This document shows, piece after piece, positions 1 through 10,069 of a stretch of 64,000 nt of DNA. Below the pieces are notes generated by a model, which did no database searches, was not told the origin of the DNA, and saw only the letters and a list, made by a program, of their open reading frames with translations. The position numbers were made by a program, and so were the translations under genes. This stretch comes from an uncultured archaeon. GTDB lineage: Archaea > Thermoproteota > EX4484-205 > JAAOZP01. Position 1 is the first letter of the stretch; each line of letters opens with the position of its first letter. Where the stretch lies: positions 64,001 through 128,000 of the forward strand of contig CALIBN010000002.1 in the NCBI GenBank assembly GCA_938045545.1, read 5' to 3'.

Positions 1-344
1 ATGTTCCAGTAATCCTCTTCAGCACTACGCAGTCCATAACACTATTCTGGGCAATGGATAAGGCTACCAGAATAGTTCTAAACAGGGTTAAAACCAAGAA
101 TTACGCGTTCTCAGTAAGGGGGCTTAGAATCCACCACTGGCTGATCGGCGCAATAGTTGCTGCACTCGGCCTATTAGTCTTTTCAGCCCAAAATCTAGTG
201 ATACTCATATATGAGACAAGCCTTAGCAGCATCCCCTGGAAGCTTGGTTCAAGCACTGTAACCGTGGGATTCAGGATTTTCCTAGATGATTTAAAGGATT
301 TGAAAAGGCAGTTTAAGAGCTTAATCAGGATGGTAAAAAGATAA
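1..344 (+). CDS. hypothetical membrane protein, 5' partial
   Basis: The frame of the 54..344 ORF is open back to the window start (VPVILFSTTQSITLFWAM). Hydrophobic segments and an RIHHW motif. Confidence 0.6.
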   Translation, partial: VPVILFSTTQSITLFWAMDKATRIVLNRVKTKNYAFSVRGLRIHHWLIGAIVAALGLLVFSAQNLVILIYETSLSSIPWKLGSSTVTVGFRIFLDDLKDLKRQFKSLIRMVKR

Positions 345-352
345 ATCGGACT

Positions 353-1330
353 GTGCTCCGCGTTTTAAACGAGTTGAGCATAGTGCTCGGAGTGGATCTT
401 GGAGCATCCAACGTCAGGGTTGCCTTGTCCGACACGAATGGAAGGATTCTTTTTAAAAAATCAGAAAGGACGACGGGAACAACAGGACCGGATATTGTGA
501 GGCAGATCGTTGAAATGGGTAGAAGCGCCATCAAGTCTCTGGGGTTTACGGATAAGAGCTTGAAAGCAGTTGGAGTGGGGTCAATAGGCCCGTTGGAATT
601 AAAGAAGGGTTTGATCATTAATCCTCCTAATCTGCGGGTTGGCATAATACCTCTCGTAGAAGGCATTGAAAAACATTTTAACGTGCCTGTTAGACTTCTG
701 AACGATTGTGTTGCAGCCGTTCTCGGGGAAAAAAGATTCGGAGCCGGTAGGAATCTTGAAAACATCGTCTACGTTACAATAAGCACCGGGATAGGTGGTG
801 GAGCGATAGTTGACGGACACATCCTGCTTGGAAAAGACGGTAATGCACATGAAGTTGGTCACATGGTGGTGGATAAGGAGGGGCTTCTCGAATGCGGATG
901 TGGAAAGCCTGGACACTGGGAAGCATATTGCAGCGGAAGCGGAATGGTCAACTATGCTAGGCTGCTCTTAAAAGAATGGGGTGTAGATTTCAATAAGAGC
1001 TCTCTAAGAAAGTATTTCCACGAGGATTTTTCAAAGGCTACTTCCAAAATGCTTTTCGACGCCGCTAGAGGAGGCGACGAGTTGGCACTTAGGATCATTG
1101 GGGAAATCGGGCTTCTTAACACAATTGGCTTTGCCAACATAATAGACGTATACGATCCTGAGCTAATAACAGTCGGCGGATCAGTCGCTCTTTTCAACAG
1201 TGAACTTATACTCGACCCAGTGAAGAAAAACGTTTCAAAATACGCTATGAACAGATTGCCTGAGATAATGATAACCCCGCTCGGGGAAGACGTGGTTCTC
1301 TACGGTGCCCTAGCAGCCGCACTAGAATAA
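353..1330 (+). CDS. ROK family sugar kinase (ATP-dependent glucokinase-like)
   Basis: GVDLGAS, LNDCVAA, ISTGIGGG, HEVGH, CGCGKPGHWE Zn motif; no N-terminal HTH. Confidence 0.92.
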   Translation: MLRVLNELSIVLGVDLGASNVRVALSDTNGRILFKKSERTTGTTGPDIVRQIVEMGRSAIKSLGFTDKSLKAVGVGSIGPLELKKGLIINPPNLRVGIIPLVEGIEKHFNVPVRLLNDCVAAVLGEKRFGAGRNLENIVYVTISTGIGGGAIVDGHILLGKDGNAHEVGHMVVDKEGLLECGCGKPGHWEAYCSGSGMVNYARLLLKEWGVDFNKSSLRKYFHEDFSKATSKMLFDAARGGDELALRIIGEIGLLNTIGFANIIDVYDPELITVGGSVALFNSELILDPVKKNVSKYAMNRLPEIMITPLGEDVVLYGALAAALE

Positions 1331-1335
1331 GCCGT

Positions 1336-2850
1336 TTAACCGGGCTTCTTCGCTAGAAACCAATCTAAAAATGCTTTAAACATCTCGTGGGATTCGCGAT
1401 CTATCAAACACAGAGTTGTGAAATAAACAATTATGCCCACTAGGATGACGGGCATCAAGGATGTTAATACAATCATTATCTGCTCGCTTTTAGCTGATTC
1501 AGGATACAGCGTTAGCAGCACACTTGACATCACCATTCCCGAGACAACTAGTTTAAATATCCTCCTAAAATCTAAGCTGAAGACGATAAGTCGCCTGGAG
1601 AGCCGTAAATAGTAAAGCATTATGGAGAGGTTAACCAGCAAGTAGCATAAGGCTGCAGACAGAGAGAATAATATTGGCGGGCTCTTTAAATCGTTCAATA
1701 TTTCAGCCACAACCGCGGTCACTGTTACGTAAACAATTGAACCGGAAAGGTCGATCAGCGGGATCCTTATGAGGTACGAGTCAACTAGTTTTTTCCACGA
1801 GGCGTTCTCATTAACATCGACCTTTTCAACTCCCAATATGACTGTTGAGAAAAAACTTTTCAACACAGTGATTGCAGAGCATAAAGCCATTACTCTAAGA
1901 ACATTATGCACAGGCGCATAGCCTTCTCTTAAAAGATATAGTAGAGGCTCTGCAAGAATCAACTGTCCGAGTGTCATGGGTATTAGGAAAAGCAGCACGA
2001 GCTCCAGCGACTCCTCAATATCTCGACCTGTTCCGCCGGATAGGAGCTTCGGATATAGCCCTATTGCTAGAGACCCTGCGAAAAGTATCACGCCAGCAAA
2101 AATGTTCGCAGCTCTGATGTATGCCACAGGAAGCAGGGACCCGGTTAACAGCGTTAAGACTAGAGCATCCTGGAAATACACTATTCCAGGAGCGATTGAC
2201 GCTAGAGGTATCCAGCCCATTCTAAACCACATGCCCACCTCATTCGGCAGGAATGAACCCTTAAGATGTTTTGACAGCCTCAGCGAGTAATATAGCGCCT
2301 GAATGATTAGAGCAAGGTCTACTGAAAGAACAGCTCCGAAAAGAGATAGCCTGAAGTACCCGACTAGTACTACTCCGATAACCACCTTAGATGCTTCGAA
2401 AAAAACGGTTCCATACCCTACTATATGTGGTTCAACTCCATGGCATACTGATTCCAAGCTGGACGTGTGATATATCGCTACGATCCACAATATGAACGCG
2501 AGGATTGCCGGCAGGTCGATGCTTACGCTCGACGCGAAGACTGGAGACAAGACGGTGAAGAATGATGCTGAAACCAGTGAAACAATGCTGTTGAATAAGA
2601 CTCCTGATTTCGCAACCGGTTTCCCTCTTCCTGTGAATCTCGTAAGCCAGTAGTTCGCAATGCTTGAAGGTATTGTGAAATAGCTTAACAGGCTTGCGTA
2701 GAACTGCCAGGTTCCGAAAAGCTCTTCGGTAAGCCTCCTAGTTACGAGCATTGTAAACAATAAGCCCGTTAGGACTGAAATCATCCTCGAGGCGAAGTTG
2801 ACCAGTCCAGAGTATTTCAGCCTAATACTGTTCACATCTTTTTCAAACAA
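1336..2850 (-). CDS. MOP-superfamily polysaccharide/oligosaccharide flippase-like membrane protein
   Basis: 504 aa with about 13-14 hydrophobic helices; N-terminal LVTRRLTEELFGTWQ pattern typical of Wzx/RfbX-like exporters. Confidence 0.75.
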   Translation of the reverse strand: MFEKDVNSIRLKYSGLVNFASRMISVLTGLLFTMLVTRRLTEELFGTWQFYASLLSYFTIPSSIANYWLTRFTGRGKPVAKSGVLFNSIVSLVSASFFTVLSPVFASSVSIDLPAILAFILWIVAIYHTSSLESVCHGVEPHIVGYGTVFFEASKVVIGVVLVGYFRLSLFGAVLSVDLALIIQALYYSLRLSKHLKGSFLPNEVGMWFRMGWIPLASIAPGIVYFQDALVLTLLTGSLLPVAYIRAANIFAGVILFAGSLAIGLYPKLLSGGTGRDIEESLELVLLFLIPMTLGQLILAEPLLYLLREGYAPVHNVLRVMALCSAITVLKSFFSTVILGVEKVDVNENASWKKLVDSYLIRIPLIDLSGSIVYVTVTAVVAEILNDLKSPPILFSLSAALCYLLVNLSIMLYYLRLSRRLIVFSLDFRRIFKLVVSGMVMSSVLLTLYPESAKSEQIMIVLTSLMPVILVGIIVYFTTLCLIDRESHEMFKAFLDWFLAKKPG

Positions 2851-2939
2851 ACCCTACGCATTTAAAAACCTATTCTGACACCTCCGCGACTGAGGCAAGA
2901 GGCCGTCGCCTCTATGGGGTCGTAGCGCGTAACAGGTAT

Positions 2940-3767
2940 TTAATAGCAGAAAACCAGCTCCAAACCGATTTTTTTAGAAACTTCAAAGACTTTCTTCTTA
3001 ACTTCATCATAGTAAGAGGATTCTGAAAAGAGTATTCTTCTCCATTCACCATATAGCTCCGGGTATTTTTTCAAGATAACTTTTGAAACCATGCTCCAAA
3101 CCATTGGCCTCAGGTTAAGCCTGTCAACATAAACATATTCCGCGCCCGTCTCCCTAAACCTCGTCAAAAAACCTTCTAAATCGGTTTCTGAAAGAAATGG
3201 AAGTATTGGTCCGAAGAAAACATATGTTCTCAAACCTTCCTCCTTGGCAAGCCTGATTGCTTCAAGCCTCTCCTCAGGACTTGAGGAAGCCGGCTCGAAA
3301 TCCTTCCAGACTCCCTCGTCCAACGTAACCACCGTAACCCCCACCTCATTAAGCTTGTTCCTCTTCAAAACATCCAGGTCTCTCACAACAAGGTTCGACT
3401 TGGTTTGAACAATCACGGGAAACCCTTTTTGAACAAGCATCTCAAGAATTTTCCGCGTCAACTCGTATTTCTTCTCAACCGGCTGATAGGGATCGGTGAG
3501 CGAACTCAAGTATACTTTTCCAGCCTTCTTCTTCTCAACCTCACTTGAAAGGATTTTTAAGGCATTAGTCTTAACGTCGAGAAACTCGCCCCACTCTTCT
3601 CTACTTCTTCTGAACCTAAAGGTTATTCCTGCAGCATAGCAGTACCTACATCCATGCTGACAGCCCACGTACGGGTTTACACAGTAATCTGCAATAGCAC
3701 TCCTATTCAGCAGTGTCTTACACTCAATCTCCCTGATTTTCACAGGACTATTTGAAAATACATCCAA
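2940..3767 (-). CDS. radical SAM protein, spore photoproduct lyase-like family
   Basis: NPYVGCQHGCRYCYA (CxxxCxxC), SSLTDPYQPVE, TKS, PILP motifs. Confidence 0.88.
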   Translation of the reverse strand: MDVFSNSPVKIREIECKTLLNRSAIADYCVNPYVGCQHGCRYCYAAGITFRFRRSREEWGEFLDVKTNALKILSSEVEKKKAGKVYLSSLTDPYQPVEKKYELTRKILEMLVQKGFPVIVQTKSNLVVRDLDVLKRNKLNEVGVTVVTLDEGVWKDFEPASSSPEERLEAIRLAKEEGLRTYVFFGPILPFLSETDLEGFLTRFRETGAEYVYVDRLNLRPMVWSMVSKVILKKYPELYGEWRRILFSESSYYDEVKKKVFEVSKKIGLELVFCY

Positions 3768-3783
3768 ACCCTAATAAGCCTTT

Positions 3784-4872
3784 TCATAACGCTTCGCAAC
3801 CGTTTTGACAGACAGTGCTGTTTTCAAGGAAATCAGGGTCGAGAACCCTGCCTGCTAGTAGGCTTAACCCCAGAATCCTCGTCAACGTGAACGAAAAAGG
3901 TATTCGCCTCATGATGTTGAAAAGCTTCCTCATTCTGAGCCCTTTTTCCAATGCTCCACCAATAGTTTTTCTCCAAACAGAATCATATGTTTCAGCCATG
4001 AAGCCTTCGTCGAAAAGGTTTCTTTCAAGGGCGGCTGCGCAAGCATCCCCAGCGATTCTACTGCAGATCCTGTTGTAGACAAGACCGCCTAGCGAGAAAG
4101 GCTTGACTTGGCACGCAGCATCCCCGACTAGAATAACCCTGTTGGCGGAGGTTCTGCTCATTATTCCGAATCTTATAGAGTCCCCTACGAACCCGCCGCA
4201 ACTAGACTCCATGTTCAGCCTCTTCAGGAGCAGCCTGAGCCTCGGCCAGGGATTGCCACTGGTTAAAAGACCCACTTTCGCCTTGCTCCTGCTTAAAGGT
4301 ATGATCCAGGCGAAGACATCCTTGGAAAACTCTGGGTCAAACCTCAGCTCAACAACATCCTGTTCGAAGACACCGTTGGCCACGCATTGAAGCGCGAAGA
4401 GAAGGCTATCAGGCTGCTTTAAACCAGTCAGTCTTGCAACAATAGAGTTAGGCCCATCGGCTCCGACCAGGATTCTTCCAGAGTAACGGCCTCCCTTACT
4501 CGTGACCACGCATCCTTCCTTTAGCCCCACCACCCTCTCGCCGAGCCTAATCTCAACCCCTTCTGCCAAAGCATTTTCAGCGAGATGCTTATCGTAGCCA
4601 GCTCTATCTATCACGAGCATATCTTTCTTAGAGTATACTTCAAAACTCTCCTTCCCGAGGCAGAACCTCGCGGTGTCAACCCTGTTTAAAACAAGGTGTT
4701 GCGGAAGCCCGCCTATCCTCCAGCTTACAAGACCGGCGCACTGCTCAGGTCTGCCTACTTCATTATGCTCTTCAAGAACTATGGTTTTAAAACCCTTTTT
4801 AGAAATGAATAAGCCTGTTGAAAGACCGGAGGGCCCGCCTCCAACTATTAGAGCATCGCGATCAATCCTCAT
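3784..4872 (-). CDS. geranylgeranyl reductase family FAD oxidoreductase
   Basis: VGGGPSG, PEQCAG, GADG, FAWIIP, VGDAACQVKP motifs. Confidence 0.85.
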   Translation of the reverse strand: MRIDRDALIVGGGPSGLSTGLFISKKGFKTIVLEEHNEVGRPEQCAGLVSWRIGGLPQHLVLNRVDTARFCLGKESFEVYSKKDMLVIDRAGYDKHLAENALAEGVEIRLGERVVGLKEGCVVTSKGGRYSGRILVGADGPNSIVARLTGLKQPDSLLFALQCVANGVFEQDVVELRFDPEFSKDVFAWIIPLSRSKAKVGLLTSGNPWPRLRLLLKRLNMESSCGGFVGDSIRFGIMSRTSANRVILVGDAACQVKPFSLGGLVYNRICSRIAGDACAAALERNLFDEGFMAETYDSVWRKTIGGALEKGLRMRKLFNIMRRIPFSFTLTRILGLSLLAGRVLDPDFLENSTVCQNGCEAL

Positions 4873-4881
4873 TAACTCTCT

Positions 4882-5091
4882 TCATTCCTCTGTAACCAGA
4901 CCTTTATCCTTAAGCCTTTTCAAAACTGCGTCGAGCTCCCACAGGTGGCAGGGGACAGACCTCCATATTCCAGACAGAGGCATGCGCTTCCCCTTCTTCA
5001 GAGCCTCGTAGACCTTTTTCTCAAGTTCTTCGAGATCAGCCTTCTCAAGCAAGTATTCATGCGGCCCGACGACAACCCATTCTTCAACCAT
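4882..5091 (-). CDS. small winged-helix-like protein
   Basis: 69 aa ending LKRLKDKGLV; first gene of the run with the reductase and radical SAM genes. Confidence 0.6.
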   Translation of the reverse strand: MVEEWVVVGPHEYLLEKADLEELEKKVYEALKKGKRMPLSGIWRSVPCHLWELDAVLKRLKDKGLVTEE

Positions 5092-5195
5092 TCTGAAAAA
5101 TGTGACAGTGCGCCAGTATATTGGTTTTATGCTGAAAGGGTCATAGCTTCACAGAATAACTTAAATAGGGGAATGCTCAACACATCACTCTCGAA

Positions 5196-6380
5196 ATGCC
5201 GGGAAAAGTTGTTTCAACATACTCAGGCGGCCTAGACTCAACACTCATAACAATACTGTTGAAAGAGAAGTATGGATACGACGAAGTAATTCCTGTTCTC
5301 GTTGACGTTGGCCAAGGAGAGGAAGAGATCAGGATCGCGTATGAAAGAGCTGAGAAGCTGGGTTTAAAAATACATTTCATAGATGCTAAGCACGAGTTCG
5401 CTACAGAATACATATTCAGATGCATCAAGGCTAATGGAAGCTACGGAGGCTACCCGGTTGGAACCTCTATGACTAGGGTTCTGATAGCTTCTAAGGCCGC
5501 TGAAATAGCTAAGAAAGAAGGGGCGGAGGCTGTTGCACACGGTTGCACGGGCAAGGGTAACGACCAGTTCAGGATGGAGGTTGCAGTTAAATACGTGGAT
5601 CCAAACCTGAAGGTGATAGCGCCAGTTAGAGAGCTGAACCTCTCAAGATTTGAAGAGGAGGAGATGCTCAGGAAACACGGTATTGAGCCTAAGAAGCCCA
5701 AGGGGAAGCTTGGTGGAGACGTAAACATGTGGTCTCACTCCATTGGAAGTGGGCAGGTTGAAGACCTTTACACACAGTATCCCGAGGACTATATTTGGGC
5801 CGTCCACCCTGAGAAGGCCCCAGAAACTCCACAGAAGATTCAAATAACCTATGAGAGAGGCGTCCCTGTCGAAGTAGACGGGGTAAGAGACCCTGTTGAA
5901 ATAATACTCTATCTGAACAGGATTGGCGGGCAACACGGCGTTGGGAGAATAGATATAATTGAAGACGGGATACTGGGTTTGAAATCTAGGGAGCTTTACG
6001 AGGCTCCGGCTGCAACAATCCTCTTAAACACTCATGCGAACCTTGAACAGTTAACCCTTACGAAGGAGCAGTTGAAAGTTAAGAGGGAGATAGACAAGAT
6101 TTGGGCTGAAATAGTTTACCACGGGATGTGGTTCCACCCGTTGAGGAGGGATCTAGATGCCTTCATAGATTCTACGCAAAAATATGTTTCCGGGAGGCTT
6201 GACGTAAAGCTTTACAAGGGTAACGTGGAGGTTGTCGGGAGAGAGTCTAAATACAGTCTATTCTCGCCAGAGTTAAGATCCATTAAGAAGGCCGGTTTCG
6301 ACCAGAGAGATGCTACGGGAGCGGTTAAGCTCTACGCTTTACCGTATCAGCTTTATGGTAAAAGGGAGCAGGAAAAGTAG
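5196..6380 (+). CDS. argG: argininosuccinate synthase
   Basis: YSGGLDS, HGCTGKGNDQFR, GLKSRELYEAP motifs. Confidence 0.97.
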   Translation: MPGKVVSTYSGGLDSTLITILLKEKYGYDEVIPVLVDVGQGEEEIRIAYERAEKLGLKIHFIDAKHEFATEYIFRCIKANGSYGGYPVGTSMTRVLIASKAAEIAKKEGAEAVAHGCTGKGNDQFRMEVAVKYVDPNLKVIAPVRELNLSRFEEEEMLRKHGIEPKKPKGKLGGDVNMWSHSIGSGQVEDLYTQYPEDYIWAVHPEKAPETPQKIQITYERGVPVEVDGVRDPVEIILYLNRIGGQHGVGRIDIIEDGILGLKSRELYEAPAATILLNTHANLEQLTLTKEQLKVKREIDKIWAEIVYHGMWFHPLRRDLDAFIDSTQKYVSGRLDVKLYKGNVEVVGRESKYSLFSPELRSIKKAGFDQRDATGAVKLYALPYQLYGKREQEK

Positions 6381-6476
6381 GCCGTCTAGACGCTTTTTTC
6401 CAGTAATAGAAGGCGGGCTTACAAGGATTATCCTGGGAAATTGTTTTTAGGAACCGTTTGAATGACTTAAGCCAGA

Positions 6477-7676
6477 ATGACTCAGGAAACGGTGGTAATC
6501 TACTCTAAACACTGGCTTGCAGTATTCATAATGATTGGCCTTATATCTGCTGGGCTGATAGTGTCGTTCCTCCTCCTTTATTCACAGTTAACCCAGCTTA
6601 ACGATAAGGTTGAAAGCCTAGACTTCGCGGTGAAACGGTTAAGCGAGGATGTTAGCAGGATTAAGAATGCTCAGCTAAGCCAAAGCATAGTCTACTTTAA
6701 CTTAAGCTTCACCGAACTCTATGAGAAAACCATTAGAGGCGTTGTAATGGTGACGGGATTGGCCAAGTCCTTTCTAAGCGAGGACGTTGGCCTCGGCTCG
6801 GGATTCGTAGTGAAACACGGGGCATCACACTATATTTTGACGAACTATCATGTAGTGAGGAACGTGATTAATCTTACAGTAACCTTTTACAATGGGGAAA
6901 GCTATCCTGCTCAAGTGGTGGGCACAGACCCGTATAGCGACCTAGCGGTGTTGAATAGCACTGCCCCGCTTGAGCTCTACCATCCTCTAAACATGACTTT
7001 CAGCAGTAGTCTAAAAGTCGGAGACTTGGTGATAGCAATAGGGAACCCTTTCGGGTTAACAGGCACCATGACGACAGGAGTCGTCAGCCAGCTTGGCAGA
7101 ACGATAACAAGCGAGTTCACTGGAGGCTATGCTATAGCGAACGTTATTCAGACAAGCGCACCTATAAACCCGGGTAACTCTGGGGGACCGTTGCTTAACG
7201 CTAAGGGCGAGGTAGTTGGGATGAACACCGCTATAATAAGAGACAGCCAAGGCGTGGGCTTCGCAATACCGTCTAACACGATTTTGAGAGTACTGCCATT
7301 CCTAGTGGAGACAGGCGGCTACGATATGCATCCTTGGCTCGGCCTAAGGGGTATTAATGTGAACTACTATATTGCTAGGGCAGCAGGGTTGAACGTTACA
7401 TACGGCTGGCTTATTCAAGAAGTTATTCCCGAAGGCCCATCCGATAAGGCTGGTCTGAAAGGAGGGACCAAGACCATTACTATTCTAGGAACCGAGATAA
7501 AGGTTGGCGGAGACCTGATAATTTCTATAGATGAGCATCCCATTAAGAACAGTGATGACATCGCCAGGGTGCTTGAGGAATACACTTACCCGGGTAAGAC
7601 GGTTAACCTGACGATTATCAGAGAGGGCCGGAAGCTGGTTGTCCCAGTGACCCTTGGGAAAAGACCCCCACCCTAG
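6477..7676 (+). CDS. htrA: HtrA/DegP-family membrane-anchored serine protease with PDZ domain
   Basis: N-terminal TM and coiled coil; triad motifs TNYHVV, DLAV, NPGNSGGPL; C-terminal PDZ domain. Confidence 0.92.
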   Translation: MTQETVVIYSKHWLAVFIMIGLISAGLIVSFLLLYSQLTQLNDKVESLDFAVKRLSEDVSRIKNAQLSQSIVYFNLSFTELYEKTIRGVVMVTGLAKSFLSEDVGLGSGFVVKHGASHYILTNYHVVRNVINLTVTFYNGESYPAQVVGTDPYSDLAVLNSTAPLELYHPLNMTFSSSLKVGDLVIAIGNPFGLTGTMTTGVVSQLGRTITSEFTGGYAIANVIQTSAPINPGNSGGPLLNAKGEVVGMNTAIIRDSQGVGFAIPSNTILRVLPFLVETGGYDMHPWLGLRGINVNYYIARAAGLNVTYGWLIQEVIPEGPSDKAGLKGGTKTITILGTEIKVGGDLIISIDEHPIKNSDDIARVLEEYTYPGKTVNLTIIREGRKLVVPVTLGKRPPP

Positions 7677-7681
7677 TTAAG

Positions 7682-8830
7682 CTACTCTATAGTCTTGCTC
7701 CACATTTCTTTAGCAAGCCTACCCTCATACTTCATCAGGCTAAGCTCCTTCTTCGCATATTCACGCTTAACATTATGTTTTTCAAGGAAACCCGTAACCT
7801 TCTCCACCAGTATCTCCTTTATCTCTCCGCTCAACATCCTTCCAGAGGAATACTCCTCCCTGATACTCCTAAGCTTCTCATCGTCCTCCTCGAAGAAGAA
7901 GTGGAGCCACTGGTAGGGCACATCAACATCCGGGTTTCCACCAAGCCTCCTGTGTTCCTCAACCGTTGGCTGTCCTCCTGAAAACGCTTGAAATATCTTT
8001 CTCCGGATGCTCTTCTCATCCTCGTTAAGGTAGATGGCACTTTCCGGCTGGGAGGCGCTCATCTTGCCCGAGGGACCCGTTAAAGGTGGGAGAAACTTGC
8101 AGTGGATAGCTGCAGTCTTATAGTAGCCGAAGCTTTCGGCAATATCCCTCTGAATCCTCCAATAAGGATCCTGGTCTATTGCAGCTGGGATTAGACACCG
8201 CCTCTTCTCGAAGAAAGTCACGCATATTTGGAAAGCAGGGTAGAAGATCATGCCTATGTTTGTGCTTGCATCGAAGCCGAAAACAGCTCTAACCCAGCTG
8301 AAATTAACCTTCTTAGCGATCTTCAGAACCATGGGGTACATGTTTCGCACATACTCCGTATCCTGAAATATGAAAGTCCTGTCAGGGTCGAACCCTACTG
8401 AGGCAATATCAAGCGCGTTCTCATAGGACCATTTTCTAACATCCTCGATAGTCAGATTCCTGCTTTCCTCCAGGAACTTCTCATCGTCGGTCAACTCGAT
8501 GTAAACGTTACACCTAAACCTGTCTTGAAGCCATTTAGTGAAGTAGAAGGGAATTATGTGGCCCAGCGTCATGGGCCCGCTTGGACCCCTGCCTGTGTAG
8601 AGGAAGAAGCCTCTTCCAGCCTCATAGTCGTCCAGAACCCTATCTAGATCCCTGTGGGAGAAGAAGACCCCGCGTCTAAGAAGAAGATGGTCTTCCCCGG
8701 CGAGCCTAACAAGCCTTTCTTTAAGCTGAAGAGTAAGGGGTTCTGTTCCAAAATCTCTCACGAGTTTCTCATAGTCAACTACGCCTTCCACGGTCCACGG
8801 AGTAACCTTGAAATCGCCCTGCTGCCCCAT
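7682..8830 (-). CDS. trpS: tryptophan--tRNA ligase (archaeal/eukaryotic type)
   Basis: VTPW, YTGRGPS, LGH, IDQDPY, KMSAS motifs. Start moved to the ATG at 8830 because the longer ORF overlaps the trm112 gene. Confidence 0.96.
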   Translation of the reverse strand: MGQQGDFKVTPWTVEGVVDYEKLVRDFGTEPLTLQLKERLVRLAGEDHLLLRRGVFFSHRDLDRVLDDYEAGRGFFLYTGRGPSGPMTLGHIIPFYFTKWLQDRFRCNVYIELTDDEKFLEESRNLTIEDVRKWSYENALDIASVGFDPDRTFIFQDTEYVRNMYPMVLKIAKKVNFSWVRAVFGFDASTNIGMIFYPAFQICVTFFEKRRCLIPAAIDQDPYWRIQRDIAESFGYYKTAAIHCKFLPPLTGPSGKMSASQPESAIYLNEDEKSIRRKIFQAFSGGQPTVEEHRRLGGNPDVDVPYQWLHFFFEEDDEKLRSIREEYSSGRMLSGEIKEILVEKVTGFLEKHNVKREYAKKELSLMKYEGRLAKEMWSKTIE

Positions 8831-8916
8831 TTCACCGGAGAAATCTCTATGGGACTTTTTAAAGCTTGTAATGAGCTTAAGTAACGTTTTTAACTTCGAA
8901 CAGAAACTAAGAGACC

Positions 8917-9318
8917 ATGAAGTATAGGCTCCTAGACCTCCTTGCCTGCCCAATAGATAAGGATTTCCCTTTGAAACTAATAGTTTTCCAAGAAGAAGAG
9001 AGGAGCATTGAGTTTAAGCACGGTAGCGTTATATGTGAGCTCTACTGTGGCCTAAAGGCGGCTTATGTTAAAGATTCCAGCCTTAGCGCCGAGGAATGCA
9101 ATAAATGCATGAAGAGGGAAATACTAAACGGTATCCTAATATGTTCTAAGTGTAACAGGTGGTATCCAATCGTGGATGAGATCCCCCAACTACTACCTGA
9201 CGAATTAAGAGAATCAAACGAAGACCTTTCCTTCCTAAGGAAGTATGCTGAAAAGATTCCTAAAAACGTACTTGAAGAAGGAAAGCCTTTCAACCTTGTG
9301 GCAACAGGTGAACGTTAA
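8917..9318 (+). CDS. trm112: Trm112 family methyltransferase activator (long, Cys-rich form)
   Basis: LLDLLACP ... GILICSKCNRWYPIVDEIPQLLPD. Confidence 0.88.
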   Translation: MKYRLLDLLACPIDKDFPLKLIVFQEEERSIEFKHGSVICELYCGLKAAYVKDSSLSAEECNKCMKREILNGILICSKCNRWYPIVDEIPQLLPDELRESNEDLSFLRKYAEKIPKNVLEEGKPFNLVATGER

Positions 9319-9379
9319 ACTTTTTGAACCGACTCTTAATCGGTCACGCGTGCCGTGTCGTAGGCGATTCTTCTCTCAG

Positions 9380-10069
9380 CTAAACATTCCTGTTCTCGCA
9401 AACCTCGAAGTAATGCTTCACCTCGCCACATATTTTTTCGAGCTCATCTGCCAGATAAACCTGTTTTCTCACAAACGTTTCATCAAGGGTTTTAGTCGGC
9501 TTAAACTGTTGGATGAAGAATCTTCTCGCACCCTTAAGCCACCCAGCTATGGCTAAAATATCCTCCCTTGTAAGGAGCTCGGGGACAACTGTTGTTCTGA
9601 ACTCGTGCTCTGGGAAAGCCTTAACCATCTCAACGCTTTCAGCAATCTTACTGGCATCCACCTTAACCCTCACTACGCTTTCATATTTTTCTAAAGGTGC
9701 CTTAACATCCATCGCGATGTAGTCGACGAGCTTTTCCCCTATGAGCTTCCTGAGCATTTCAGGCCTTGTTCCATTCGTATCCAGCTTGATGGAATACCCT
9801 AGATCCTTAATCCTCTTAATGAAATCTGGGAGGCCGTTGTGAAGGGTCGGCTCCCCACCGGTTATGCAGACTCCATCGAGGAAACCTTTCCTCTCCAAGA
9901 GGAAGCGAAACAAATCTTCCTCGGGGATTGCGGGAGTCCCATCATCTATGACCAGCTCGGGGTTATGACAATAGGGGCAACGGAAGTTACAGCCGAATGT
10001 GAATAGGGTACATGCAACCCTACCCGGGTAATCTAACAGGCTCAGCTTCTGTATTCCCTTTATTATCAA
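9380..10069 (-). CDS. nrdG: anaerobic ribonucleoside-triphosphate reductase activating protein
   Basis: SLLDYPG, GCNFRCPYCHNP, TGGEPTL, KLDTNG, AMDVKAP, EFRTT. Confidence 0.9.
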   Translation of the reverse strand: MIIKGIQKLSLLDYPGRVACTLFTFGCNFRCPYCHNPELVIDDGTPAIPEEDLFRFLLERKGFLDGVCITGGEPTLHNGLPDFIKRIKDLGYSIKLDTNGTRPEMLRKLIGEKLVDYIAMDVKAPLEKYESVVRVKVDASKIAESVEMVKAFPEHEFRTTVVPELLTREDILAIAGWLKGARRFFIQQFKPTKTLDETFVRKQVYLADELEKICGEVKHYFEVCENRNV

